Positions 10,257 to 18,862 of a stretch of DNA of 64,000 nucleotides are shown in pieces. The position numbers and the translations under genes were made by a program. Below the pieces are notes generated by a model that saw only the letters and a list, made by a program, of their open reading frames with translations, was not told where the DNA came from and did not search any database. Numbering within the stretch: position 1 is the first letter of the stretch; every line of letters starts with the position of its first letter. Origin of the DNA: Enterobacteria phage RB33; the sequence record KM607001; one strand, written 5' to 3'.

Positions 10257-10564
10257 CGTAAATTCCCTGCAATTGGTATACTAACAATACGCCCAGTATC
10301 TAAAATTCGCTGATATAATCTTTGTGTGTCTACGTCAGGCTTAACATGTTTAACTTCTATTTTATTAAACCAAAACTTGCGTGGAGTCTCAACTAATCTT
10401 GGAATTCCCTTACCTAAAGCTAGTTGATACTGCTCTTTAAGAGTGGTAAATACTTTATCAGCAATCTTCCATTCAAAAAATACAGCAGGACGATGTTCAT
10501 CAAGCGGAACTGGCGCCGTAAATCCGTCTTTGTCTCGGTAAACTATCGCATATACATAAACCAT
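10253..10564 (-). CDS. hypothetical protein (dda.1 position)
   Basis: 103-aa ORF; ATGA overlap with dda. Confidence 0.55.
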   Translation of the reverse strand: MVYVYAIVYRDKDGFTAPVPLDEHRPAVFFEWKIADKVFTTLKEQYQLALGKGIPRLVETPRKFWFNKIEVKHVKPDVDTQRLYQRILDTGRIVSIPIAGNLR

Positions 10565-10565
10565 A

Positions 10566-11312
10566 TTATCCTCGGATAAGTTTAAAAATTGAACAATCTA
10601 GCGGGTATCCTCTTTTTAATTTGAGTTTATCAATAAATGACAAGTTTTGAAACCGCTCTACACCTTGAATAATTTTATCACACATATCATATTGCATTTC
10701 TGCTTCTGACAACTTTTTCACAATTTTCCAATCCGAGCCTTTAAGAAGAACGTTCAGTTTAACAACTTCAGCGCCTTCTGCTATGCGAGAACCATCAATA
10801 CGAGCTTTAAGTGCTATAATCGTTAGCTTAACGTCAGAAGTTTGTTTTGATTTAGAAAGCTGAGAAATGTGTTCAATTCGGTTTTCACGTTTTTTCTGTA
10901 TAGCTTTAATTTGATTATAAGTCTTTTTGATTTTAGCCCATTTCTTTTCATCTAAATTTAGTTTATGAACTTTTTTCGCAGATGAACGACCAATTCGCAA
11001 AGCAAACAAATCACGTTTTTCAATTAACTCCTCTAAAGTATAATCAGAACGAAATGTATTATACTTTTTCTTTACTGCAATAACATTCCCTTTAATGTAT
11101 CCAACGTTATTATCAAAACGTTCTAATGATAATTTCTCTCCTTCAATACGATTATCAAAAGGTTCTCCCGAGTAAGCACAAACTTTTTGGTCTAAAATGT
11201 TCTTAATGTAATTGAAGTCTAAGTTAAAATCTTTAGAACGTCTTTTTGCAGATGCCTGAGTATGCTCTAAACGACGTTTAATTTTACGAATTTGATTATT
11301 AGACAGCTTCAT
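10566..11312 (-). CDS. srd: Srd-like protein, 248 aa
   Basis: size and position between dda and modA as in T4; name not verified. Confidence 0.5.
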   Translation of the reverse strand: MKLSNNQIRKIKRRLEHTQASAKRRSKDFNLDFNYIKNILDQKVCAYSGEPFDNRIEGEKLSLERFDNNVGYIKGNVIAVKKKYNTFRSDYTLEELIEKRDLFALRIGRSSAKKVHKLNLDEKKWAKIKKTYNQIKAIQKKRENRIEHISQLSKSKQTSDVKLTIIALKARIDGSRIAEGAEVVKLNVLLKGSDWKIVKKLSEAEMQYDMCDKIIQGVERFQNLSFIDKLKLKRGYPLDCSIFKLIRG

Positions 11313-11350
11313 ATTTTTCTCACATCTTACGGACGATTTAATACTTTATT

Positions 11351-11380
11351 ACTATAACATTTTTACCTTAACTTGTAAAC
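11351..11380 (-). promoter_or_regulatory. T4-type early promoter upstream of srd-like gene
   Basis: minus strand GTTTACaagttaaggtaaaaatgtTATAGT, 18-bp spacer. Confidence 0.55.
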
Positions 11381-11393
11381 AACTTTATGTAAA

Positions 11394-11420
11394 AATGCTT
11401 TAAAAATTTCATGGTATAAT
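11394..11420 (+). promoter_or_regulatory. MotA-box middle-promoter-like motif on the plus strand
   Basis: aaaTGCTTTA-12 bp-TATAAT at 11394-11420; points antisense into the 3' end of modA. Confidence 0.35.
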
Positions 11421-11437
11421 GAATCTAAGTCCTTCCA

Positions 11438-12040
11438 TTATAGATTAAATCCTTCAAAATCAAGAGTATAGATAGTGTATGTTGAATACTTTTTGTACTC
11501 ATATCTATCTGCAATTCTAAATACACTTCCAGCTGGTATCATTACTTCTTGTTCATCTGAAACTAATTCCATATTACGATAGCGATGACTATCCGGAAAC
11601 TTAAAGTTTGGATTGTATTCTTTACAGCGTAGAGCTTTTATAGCATACTCCTGGAAATTGAATACCATAGGAGCTTTGAATTCAAAAATAACTTGTGTGT
11701 TATACTCTAAACCAGAAGCAAAATGTAGAGCTATATTTTTATCATATGAAGCTGATACGACTTTATCAAATGTAATAATATCAATTCCTTGATTTAATAC
11801 TTGCTTAGTCTCGACTGGAACACCTCTCCAAAGAGGTTTATCGTTTGGAACCAAACGAGATTTGATTATTTCATTTAACCAAGTATGGTCATCTGGTTTG
11901 TTGGTAATACAATGAATTAAAAGTTCAATTTCAGATAAATTAAACCCTTCAGAAAGTAATTCTTCACGAATAGAAGCACGCACCGATGCATCCATTGATT
12001 TTATTTTAAAATCTTTTAGTTGCATTACTGAGTATTTCAT
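11438..12040 (-). CDS. modA: ADP-ribosyltransferase ModA, 200 aa
   Basis: 200-aa ORF paralogous to adjacent 207-aa ORF; size and position as T4 ModA. Confidence 0.8.
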   Translation of the reverse strand: MKYSVMQLKDFKIKSMDASVRASIREELLSEGFNLSEIELLIHCITNKPDDHTWLNEIIKSRLVPNDKPLWRGVPVETKQVLNQGIDIITFDKVVSASYDKNIALHFASGLEYNTQVIFEFKAPMVFNFQEYAIKALRCKEYNPNFKFPDSHRYRNMELVSDEQEVMIPAGSVFRIADRYEYKKYSTYTIYTLDFEGFNL

Positions 12041-12660
12041 TCAACTACCTCAATATCATAAACTTTAAATGTTCCAAATGAATCGTGTAATTTTTCTTTT
12101 GAAATAGAAGTTATTCTATACTTTCCAATTGGAATCATCCATTCTTGTTCACGCACAATCATCATTAAGTTATCAGTACGTTCTGAATCTAATCCATCAG
12201 TATCTTCATACGTGTACTTAAACTCAGTATTAGGAGAAGAAAGTATAATATCGCTGATATGGTCAGAATAATTAAAAGCTTTATCAGTTTTTAAGCGAAA
12301 TATTATTTCAGTGAAATACTCAACATAAGAAAAACCACATGCTGTGTGCAAACTAGTAGTAAATGAATCTACCCTGTTCGTTGAAAACACTTCTCCAACT
12401 TGTAAATCTTTAATGAGTTCTTTTGTCGATTTTGATATACCACGATATAACTGATATGGTGATTTAGTTAAATGCTTTTTAATGATTTTATTCAACTGCC
12501 TATGAAGAGCTTCATTCTTTTTGGCTTCCATACATTGCCAAAGAATTGACTGTTCAAAGTCAGTAAATTTTTCACAGACCTTTTTATACATATCATATTG
12601 AAAATCAACGCTTTCAGCTTTTATAGATAACTGTTCAACATCTGCAAGATTAATAATCAT
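12037..12660 (-). CDS. modB: ADP-ribosyltransferase ModB, 207 aa
   Basis: 207-aa paralogue of ModA; ATGA overlap. Confidence 0.8.
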   Translation of the reverse strand: MIINLADVEQLSIKAESVDFQYDMYKKVCEKFTDFEQSILWQCMEAKKNEALHRQLNKIIKKHLTKSPYQLYRGISKSTKELIKDLQVGEVFSTNRVDSFTTSLHTACGFSYVEYFTEIIFRLKTDKAFNYSDHISDIILSSPNTEFKYTYEDTDGLDSERTDNLMMIVREQEWMIPIGKYRITSISKEKLHDSFGTFKVYDIEVVE

Positions 12661-12686
12661 GATAGCCTCCGTATACTTCAGAAGCT

Positions 12687-12716
12687 ATCATATCATTGTT
12701 AGAAAGGAAAGTAAAC
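12687..12716 (-). promoter_or_regulatory. T4-type early promoter upstream of modB
   Basis: minus strand GTTTACtttcctttctaacaatgaTATGAT. Confidence 0.55.
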
Positions 12717-12727
12717 AACTTTTTGAA

Positions 12728-12910
12728 TTATTTTGCCCAGGGAGCCCAAGGCGGAGGGTCAAGATGGTATGAAGCTAGTTCTTCTAGAAGAGCATCTGGG
12801 GCTTCAATTCCATAATTCTGTAATACTATACGGTACTCTTTCTTATAATCACTAGAATCATTCTGGTTATTCGTAGAATGATTATCTTCTAACATCTCAA
12901 ATAAATCCAT
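12728..12910 (-). CDS. hypothetical small protein
   Basis: 60-aa ORF in track. Confidence 0.45.
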   Translation of the reverse strand: MDLFEMLEDNHSTNNQNDSSDYKKEYRIVLQNYGIEAPDALLEELASYHLDPPPWAPWAK

Positions 12911-12918
12911 ATTAATTC

Positions 12919-13389
12919 CTAGCGATAAAAACCAAAATGACGATTAGCTTCAGCAATCTTTCTTTCTTCTTCGGACATTCTCCAGCGTAGTCCAACATCA
13001 AAATGAGCCCAGACCATCTTAACAAATGCATTTATATCTTTAATATCTTCAATAATGAATGTTTTACTTTTAAAAGGCTGACTCGCTAATTTAACTTTAT
13101 CATCTTCAAACAGGTCAAAAAGACCATATTCGTGAGCTCTTTTATAGCCTTTAATAGTTAAAGCTTCAGAAGAAGAAAATGGTGAATCTGTATTCTGCAA
13201 AATATCTTCAGTATGCTTTATAATTAGAATAATATTTTCTGGATATTTTCTTTCTTTTATATCTTTAATTAAAATATCCGGATTTTCTGCTAAAGGAATA
13301 ATTAACGAGCAATTTTTATCAAGTGTATTTACTGATTTACCTTCTTTAGACATAAATCCTATTGAATACAGTTTTGCTACTTCAATCAT
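12919..13389 (-). CDS. hypothetical protein
   Basis: 156-aa ORF in track. Confidence 0.55.
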   Translation of the reverse strand: MIEVAKLYSIGFMSKEGKSVNTLDKNCSLIIPLAENPDILIKDIKERKYPENIILIIKHTEDILQNTDSPFSSSEALTIKGYKRAHEYGLFDLFEDDKVKLASQPFKSKTFIIEDIKDINAFVKMVWAHFDVGLRWRMSEEERKIAEANRHFGFYR

Positions 13390-13542
13390 GTGATTTCCTC
13401 TTGCCTACTAATGGACCATCAGGAATTTTGTTTTCCTGGATATACTTCTCATTTTCTTCCATCATTTTACTACCGATTTTAAGAAGCAAATCCAACGCTT
13501 CATTTGCTTTAACCTTAGCTTCTTCTAATGTCATATCTTTGT

Positions 13543-13746
13543 TCACGATTTATCCCCATAGATGTCTCTCATCAATTTAAGCGCTGAGCGTTCTAGTTTC
13601 TTTTCTTTCTCAGCACTAATCATTGATTTCATCCATTCTTCTGATTCGTTCTGCATTTCTTTATTTGCTTGTTCAACCCAACCATCGTCAATGTACATTG
13701 AGTTTGGTCTATTGAACCATTCAAACATTTTCTTCAGAACTTTCAT
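13543..13746 (-). CDS. hypothetical protein, 67 aa
   Basis: ORF in track; its start lies inside the proximal copy of the 91-bp duplication. Confidence 0.55.
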   Translation of the reverse strand: MKVLKKMFEWFNRPNSMYIDDGWVEQANKEMQNESEEWMKSMISAEKEKKLERSALKLMRDIYGDKS

Positions 13747-13868
13747 TTGTTTTACCTAAAACAACAGTAGGAGCATCGTCAATGTACATTGAGTTTGGTC
13801 TATTGAACCATTCAAACATTTTCTTCAGAACTTTCATTTGTTTTACCTAAAACAACAGTAGGAGCATC
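13683..13868. repeat. perfect tandem duplication, 2 x 91 bp with 4-bp CATC junction microhomology
   Basis: positions p and p+91 identical for p = 13683..13777. Confidence 0.9.
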
Positions 13869-14309
13869 ATCAAATTCATGAATTTTTAGCAAATTTGGAT
13901 GTAAACTATTCCATACAGAAGAAATAAAGTATGATAACGCATCTTCACTCGCAATTATAAATTTGTTTCCTTTGTCTATTTTCCAGTTATATACTGAATC
14001 GTACGAATAAAAAGATAAGGGTTTATCATTATATTGTTCTGCGCTAACATTAATGTATTCGGATTTAGTAAATGCTTCAATTGCTCTAAATGGAATATTT
14101 GGTACAGTTTCAATAATACCAATCTTTTTAAGTTTTATTTCAGCATCTTCTGGAACTGGCATTGAAACGAAATTTTCTACGAGATACATTGGGTCACAAT
14201 AACCCTTATCAATCATTACGGCTACAGTAATTGGAACATCTTTAGCAAACGACATGCTATTACTGCTAATATACATTTCAAACAAAATCGCTTCCATAAT
14301 TTTCCTCAA
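13812..14309 (-). CDS. hypothetical protein, 165 aa (mrh position)
   Basis: ORF in track; C-terminus and stop lie in the distal copy of the 91-bp duplication. Confidence 0.55.
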   Translation of the reverse strand: MRKIMEAILFEMYISSNSMSFAKDVPITVAVMIDKGYCDPMYLVENFVSMPVPEDAEIKLKKIGIIETVPNIPFRAIEAFTKSEYINVSAEQYNDKPLSFYSYDSVYNWKIDKGNKFIIASEDALSYFISSVWNSLHPNLLKIHEFDDAPTVVLGKTNESSEENV

Positions 14310-14650
14310 TCACAAGATGTAGATGAACAACTAGAATCACAAGAACTTCCGCATGAATCGCCCGTCCATACATGAACAGGAACATTAGTATCATATGAAT
14401 CAGAACTAGACTGTGTATTCTGTGTGTTAGATGATGTAGTAGGTGTTGACCAGCGCCAAGGATTTTTATAATATTCTTGGGCTTCTTCATAAGTCATAGT
14501 AACTGCTTCTACTGTTCCATCTCCCATATAAACATACTCAACTACAGTTAAAGGAAGGTAGTCATTTGAAATAGGAACTACACCTTCCCCAGGAGTCGTA
14601 GAGAAAAAATCCGTAAAGAAACTTTTAAACCAATTAAAGATAAACATCAC
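14306..14650 (-). CDS. hypothetical protein with Cys/Ser-rich C-terminus
   Basis: 114-aa ORF; ends [15 protein letters not shown]. Confidence 0.5.
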   Translation of the reverse strand: MMFIFNWFKSFFTDFFSTTPGEGVVPISNDYLPLTVVEYVYMGDGTVEAVTMTYEEAQEYYKNPWRWSTPTTSSNTQNTQSSSDSYDTNVPVHVWTGDSCGSSCDSSCSSTSCD

Positions 14651-14859
14651 AAAAATCCTCTTTGAAATTCGACTCTTTGAAATCCACCCCAGTCAGTATA
14701 TCGCATTTCAGCATTGAACTCGACTGAACCATCTGCATGCATCATGAATGAATGCGTGACGACATCACAATCCCAGCTTTTCATACCCCATTTATCAGCG
14801 ATAGCTTTATCAAGAACCTTCTGGAGGTCTTCATTTGGTTTAATCCAACGATTTAACAT
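14647..14859 (-). CDS. hypothetical protein
   Basis: 70-aa ORF in track. Confidence 0.5.
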   Translation of the reverse strand: MLNRWIKPNEDLQKVLDKAIADKWGMKSWDCDVVTHSFMMHADGSVEFNAEMRYTDWGGFQRVEFQRGFL

Positions 14860-14957
14860 AGTGTTCTCCTCTATAAGATATTTTTATTATACCACACTCA
14901 TTTTGACATGTAAACCATAAAATGAAAAAAGGAATCCCGGAGGATTCCTTAAATTAT

Positions 14958-15215
14958 TTAACCACCGACACCAGGTGTCGGTGTAACAGTCCAAAGACCT
15001 TCATTAGCAGTGATCCATCCAGTACGCTGATTTTCTTCATATACTGTAGAATATGCTGCTTTTTCAGAAGGGAATGTCTGATAATGAGCACCAGAAATTT
15101 TGTGAACATCAGAATAAAGAGGGAAAGCTACAGAAATTTCTTTACCCTGAATTGTACCACCATCAACTGCTTGGTCAAATGTTTTGATATTAACATAACC
15201 GCGAGTACTAGCCAT
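14958..15215 (-). CDS. soc: small outer capsid protein Soc
   Basis: 85-aa ORF recalled as similar to T4 Soc (AFPLYSDVHKISGAHYQTFPSEKAAYSTVYEENQRT). Confidence 0.85.
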   Translation of the reverse strand: MASTRGYVNIKTFDQAVDGGTIQGKEISVAFPLYSDVHKISGAHYQTFPSEKAAYSTVYEENQRTGWITANEGLWTVTPTPGVGG

Positions 15216-15245
15216 GTAATTCTCCTTTTATTTAAATTACATGAT

Positions 15246-15253
15246 TATTTATA
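15246..15253 (-). promoter_or_regulatory. late promoter TATAAATA upstream of soc
   Basis: exact TATAAATA on minus strand about 30 nt upstream of the soc ATG. Confidence 0.6.
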
Positions 15254-15283
15254 ATAAATTCTCGCGGCTTTTAAGACGAACTG

Positions 15284-15802
15284 TTAATAACCTCGGTCTT
15301 GACGAGCAAAGTTTTCAGCATTTTTCAGATAATAAAGTTTAAAGATTTCTTCTGCTGTAAGACCAAGACCTTGGAACATGTTCAGAACGAAATGGAGAAT
15401 ATCAATCATTTCAAATTTAATTTCCAATTGGTCTTGTGGAGACAAATCAGTAATCAGAGTTTCACGGCGTTCACCATGCTGCGACTTCCAAGGCTTCCAT
15501 ACAGCAGATGCATCTTTTTCACCATTGCTCATACCACCAAGAGAAGTCAGAAGTTCGCGGAATTCATCATCAATATAATCTTTCTGATTGCGTAGCCAAT
15601 CAACAACTTCACCTGCAGTAGCCAAGTCATCAGGATGACGATTATATTCAGGTTTATCTTTAGCTAAACGAACCTGCAAAGATTTCTGCATATCAAGCAT
15701 AACCTGCAGCGGGTCTTTTTCATCACCGAGAATATCCCAATATTCATTTTGAGCTTTATCAGCGCCTTCAATCAGTTGTGAACATTCGTTAAAGTAAGCC
15801 AT
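15284..15802 (-). CDS. 56: dCTPase / dCTP pyrophosphatase gp56 (MazG-like), ~172 aa
   Basis: MazG-like protein; start moved from track (15895) to MAYFNE Met preceded by AAGGA. Confidence 0.8.
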   Translation of the reverse strand: MAYFNECSQLIEGADKAQNEYWDILGDEKDPLQVMLDMQKSLQVRLAKDKPEYNRHPDDLATAGEVVDWLRNQKDYIDDEFRELLTSLGGMSNGEKDASAVWKPWKSQHGERRETLITDLSPQDQLEIKFEMIDILHFVLNMFQGLGLTAEEIFKLYYLKNAENFARQDRGY

Positions 15803-15836
15803 TATTTTTCCTTTCAATTCATGGGTTAGTAGATTA

Positions 15837-15861
15837 ATTATACAATAAATATATAAAGCAA
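15837..15861 (-). promoter_or_regulatory. MotA-dependent middle promoter of gene 56
   Basis: minus strand TTGCTTTA-11 bp-TATAAT. Confidence 0.5.
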
Positions 15862-15873
15862 TAAGGAGGACAT

Positions 15874-16074
15874 ATGGTACAAAAATTAATGGCACTTGTT
15901 AATGCCATCAAAGGTAATAAAAAGCGTATAGCTTTTACTATTTCTGTTATGGTAGGAATTTTACTCTGGAACTTTATTTTATCACCAATTGCAATTGCGC
16001 ATGGTGTTAATATTCCAGTAGTTACTCTTGATACATTTGTAGATTTAGCATTTGCTTTAGTTGGGTTAATTTAA
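15874..16074 (+). CDS. small hydrophobic protein (66 aa, about 2 TM), plus strand
   Basis: AAGGAGG 4 nt before ATG; ORF fills the gene-56 to gene-61 gap exactly and its stop overlaps the gene 61 stop. Confidence 0.45.
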   Translation: MVQKLMALVNAIKGNKKRIAFTISVMVGILLWNFILSPIAIAHGVNIPVVTLDTFVDLAFALVGLI

Positions 16075-17099
16075 ATCTTAGCATATTTAGATAACCGCAT
16101 TTTAGCCATTAACCCCTGGGCAATATTATTTTTCATATATTCCATAATTTGTTCAGGGGTTGCACCTTCCTTTCTAATCATATCATTAACATCTTTTGAT
16201 TTCCAGGGAGATTTATCCCAAAACATAACCCTTTCTCCTGCATCAACTAATTTAGTCATCCGTTTAATAGTGTCAGGGTGACGAGGTTCATTATCTAAGA
16301 CCCACACTCGTCTATCTTTAAATGGAACAATTTCTAGGTCTAATTGACCACCCGTAATAGCTATACCATTTTCAATGAAAAGGGAATCGATAGGTCCTTC
16401 TAGAACATATACATCGCCATCTTTAACTCGTTCGACTCCATAGATTTTTGTTGCCTCAGGATAAGCTTTGATGGTGATATATTTTTGAGGAGCATCTTTC
16501 TTTAATGCACGCCCTTGAAACGACTCGGCTTTTCCGTTAGCATTATAAATTGGAATAACAAGACGAGGCTCAGGTATTTCCTTTTTATATGTTCCCGGTG
16601 CTATGCTATTAACTAATTTAGGCCATTCGGTTGTAAACCAAAGATATTTCCATTTATCCTTTGGAATACAACGAGCTTTTACATATTTTATAATTGCATG
16701 GTCTTCCGCCAGTTTATCTAATCTAACGCATGACGGAAGAGATTTAATTATTTTCTTCTCAGGTTGTTTAGGAAGTTCTTTAGGTTTTTCTACTGGACGA
16801 CTTTTACCTTTTTCTTTTCTTATTTCAAAGATATACTCACGATATAAATCAGGTTCAAACTCCTTTAAATATATTCCGATTGGTGCATGATAGTTACAGT
16901 TATAGCAATGAATATTTCCTTCATTATTATCACCATAATACCATCCACGAGCTTTATTCTGGTCGGTTTTTGAATCTCCACAAACAGGGCATCTAAACCG
17001 TAATTTAAAAGTTGAACTATTATTTACTTGTGTGAATTTAGGTAAATGAGCTAATGCACGATACGCAAATTCATTATCAATCCAAGGTATTGATGACAT
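16071..17099 (-). CDS. 61: DNA primase gp61, 342 aa
   Basis: N-terminal zinc ribbon CPVCGDSK...CYNC and toprim-type core; 342 aa as T4 gp61. Confidence 0.9.
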   Translation of the reverse strand: MSSIPWIDNEFAYRALAHLPKFTQVNNSSTFKLRFRCPVCGDSKTDQNKARGWYYGDNNEGNIHCYNCNYHAPIGIYLKEFEPDLYREYIFEIRKEKGKSRPVEKPKELPKQPEKKIIKSLPSCVRLDKLAEDHAIIKYVKARCIPKDKWKYLWFTTEWPKLVNSIAPGTYKKEIPEPRLVIPIYNANGKAESFQGRALKKDAPQKYITIKAYPEATKIYGVERVKDGDVYVLEGPIDSLFIENGIAITGGQLDLEIVPFKDRRVWVLDNEPRHPDTIKRMTKLVDAGERVMFWDKSPWKSKDVNDMIRKEGATPEQIMEYMKNNIAQGLMAKMRLSKYAKI

Positions 17100-17101
17100 T
17101 T

Positions 17102-17266
17102 TTACTCTTCTTTTTCTTTAGATTCCTCTTTTTTCTTTTTAGGAATCTGTTCAGGACCTTTATTTACTACAGCGCCTGATGTTGTTCCAGTAGAGATATT
17201 TTCAGGACTACCACCTGAATCTCCAGCGACCATATCTTCTTTGATAAATTCTTTATATGTTTTCAT
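17102..17266 (-). CDS. 54-aa mini-protein with internal-protein-like capsid-targeting N-terminus
   Basis: coordinate-checked translation MKTYKEFIKEDMVAGDSGGSPENISTGTTSGAVVNKGPEQIPKKKKEESKEKEE; below the track cutoff. Confidence 0.5.
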   Translation of the reverse strand: MKTYKEFIKEDMVAGDSGGSPENISTGTTSGAVVNKGPEQIPKKKKEESKEKEE

Positions 17267-17670
17267 ATTAACCTCTATTCATAAAAGCATTAAAAATTTG
17301 GTCATCAATAGATGGCGCAGTAATATTTTCTGCATCATTTAGCAAATCATTAATTTCATCAGATAGCATAACACATGTACCTTTATTTCCTGTAATTGTT
17401 ACTGCGCAATTACGAACGTTTTCTTTATTAAATTTTAGGTTAATATTTTCGTAATGAAAATCCTTTAATGCTGAATATATTTTTAAAATAAAATTGTCTT
17501 TTACTACAATAAACCCAACCTCACTATTAAAACGTGGTTCATGGAAACTGTAATAAACCTTTTCATCTATAAAATCGTATGAAATTTTTTCCATTTTTAA
17601 ATATGAAAATTCAGAACTATACATATTAACCTTTATTCATAAAAGCATTAAAAATTTGGTCATCAATAGA
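17264..17670. repeat. 49-bp direct repeat (48/49 identical) at the 3' ends of two paralogous genes
   Basis: catattaacctCtattcataaaagcattaaaaatttggtcatcaataga at 17264-17312 and 17622-17670. Confidence 0.8.
17268..17624 (-). CDS. hypothetical protein (61.1 position), 118 aa
   Basis: ORF in track; C-terminus DDQIFNAFMNRG shared with the next ORF. Confidence 0.6.
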   Translation of the reverse strand: MYSSEFSYLKMEKISYDFIDEKVYYSFHEPRFNSEVGFIVVKDNFILKIYSALKDFHYENINLKFNKENVRNCAVTITGNKGTCVMLSDEINDLLNDAENITAPSIDDQIFNAFMNRG

Positions 17671-18246
17671 AACATTTACTTTAGACTGTTTTTCTGATGG
17701 TAATTCATATCCACATATTACAATTTTGTGATCAATATCAAAATACACAGAAGCAATATGATTAATGATGTTTTCAGTAAAGTCTAAATCAACATCAATA
17801 TCTTTTTGACCACAGCCCAAAGGATAAATAATGCGAGTAATTCGATTATCTTTAACAAATATTCCACCGACATACTCTGTGCTGCGTTTAAAGTCTACAC
17901 GCCGACGAAATGAAAAATATTCAGGCTCTCTATGAGCTCGGCTCATAGGACACAACGAGTAACTAGAATAAGAGATGTCAAATCCTACGCCTTCGATATG
18001 AGCCAAAGTGTCATGATTAAACCAATTATAATCGTACGCCAAATCCATTAGATTATAATATGTAAAAGGCACCGGATTAACATCATTAGTCACAAGCATG
18101 TAATTAGCAACTGCTATAATTTCATTGTTTTTAACGAATACAAACCGTGATTGATGCGAATGACCTGGACCCGCGTTTTCACGATTAATGATATAACACT
18201 GAGACTTTTTATATTTGTAAGAATCATACTTATACATTTGAAACAT
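17626..18246 (-). CDS. hypothetical protein (61.2 position), 206 aa
   Basis: ORF in track; C-terminal half paralogous to the 118-aa ORF. Confidence 0.6.
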   Translation of the reverse strand: MFQMYKYDSYKYKKSQCYIINRENAGPGHSHQSRFVFVKNNEIIAVANYMLVTNDVNPVPFTYYNLMDLAYDYNWFNHDTLAHIEGVGFDISYSSYSLCPMSRAHREPEYFSFRRRVDFKRSTEYVGGIFVKDNRITRIIYPLGCGQKDIDVDLDFTENIINHIASVYFDIDHKIVICGYELPSEKQSKVNVSIDDQIFNAFMNKG

Positions 18247-18539
18247 TATTCACCTACCACTTCAGCAATGATATTTTTGTTATTAAAGTTTTTATCGCAA
18301 TACAGAACATAATTATACTGCATTACACCACCAGACTTAAGCTGTTTTTGCACTTCAGCTTTCATTTCAGGACGATCACGCTTAACGATATTCATAATAT
18401 CTGCTTCAATTTGAGTTTCAACCTCAGTCTGATCCGCAGTCATAGACCATTCGCACAAATCTTTATCATAACCTGCCATAGCAGGCTGAGCAGCACAAGA
18501 AGCTAAAGCAAAAATTGTGGCAAAGATAAATTTTTTCAT
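18246..18539 (-). CDS. sp: Spackle-like periplasmic protein, 97 aa with signal peptide
   Basis: start moved to MKKFIFATIFALASCAAQPAMA preceded by GAGGAG; size and position as T4 Sp. Confidence 0.65.
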   Translation of the reverse strand: MKKFIFATIFALASCAAQPAMAGYDKDLCEWSMTADQTEVETQIEADIMNIVKRDRPEMKAEVQKQLKSGGVMQYNYVLYCDKNFNNKNIIAEVVGE

Positions 18540-18600
18540 GATTAATCTCCTCAGTAGTTTATGTTTATATAGTATCTCAATTTCCAATAAAAGTAAACAG

Positions 18601-18861
18601 TTATTTTAAAACTTTTGCGTAATCACATGTTACAAACTGTTTCTCTAGCTTAACGATCTTACGAAAATACCTTTTACACTGACGAATCTGTCGCTTCGTA
18701 GGACGTACAGCAAACTTAATAAATTCCACTCGACCAAATGGAGGACTTTCTTCTGCTGGAATATCTAACACCAATTCCCACGTATCTGCAATAAGTGCTT
18801 TGAATTGCGTATTTTTCCTGACGTTATACGGAGTAGTAGGTTTAAATAAAACAATATGCAT
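18601..18861 (-). CDS. hypothetical protein (61.4 position)
   Basis: ORF in track; start moved to MHIVLFK. Confidence 0.5.
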   Translation of the reverse strand: MHIVLFKPTTPYNVRKNTQFKALIADTWELVLDIPAEESPPFGRVEFIKFAVRPTKRQIRQCKRYFRKIVKLEKQFVTCDYAKVLK

Positions 18862-18862
18862 A

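Noticed and set aside
14278-14490. Minus-strand 70-aa ORF overlapping the 14306..14650 gene in another frame, and similar overlaps at 24708..24893, 25914..26105, 39933..40157, 61568..61783, 62249..62431
   Set aside because: Out-of-frame overlaps inside longer, better-supported ORFs; His/Leu-rich low-complexity translations with no independent start signals.
15803-15895. N-terminal extensions of track ORFs (for example gp56 at 203 aa, Spackle at 113 aa, second coiled-coil protein at 350 aa, pin starting at TTG)
   Set aside because: The extensions run through promoter sequence or lack an RBS; internal Met codons with Shine-Dalgarno sequences give lengths matching the expected proteins.
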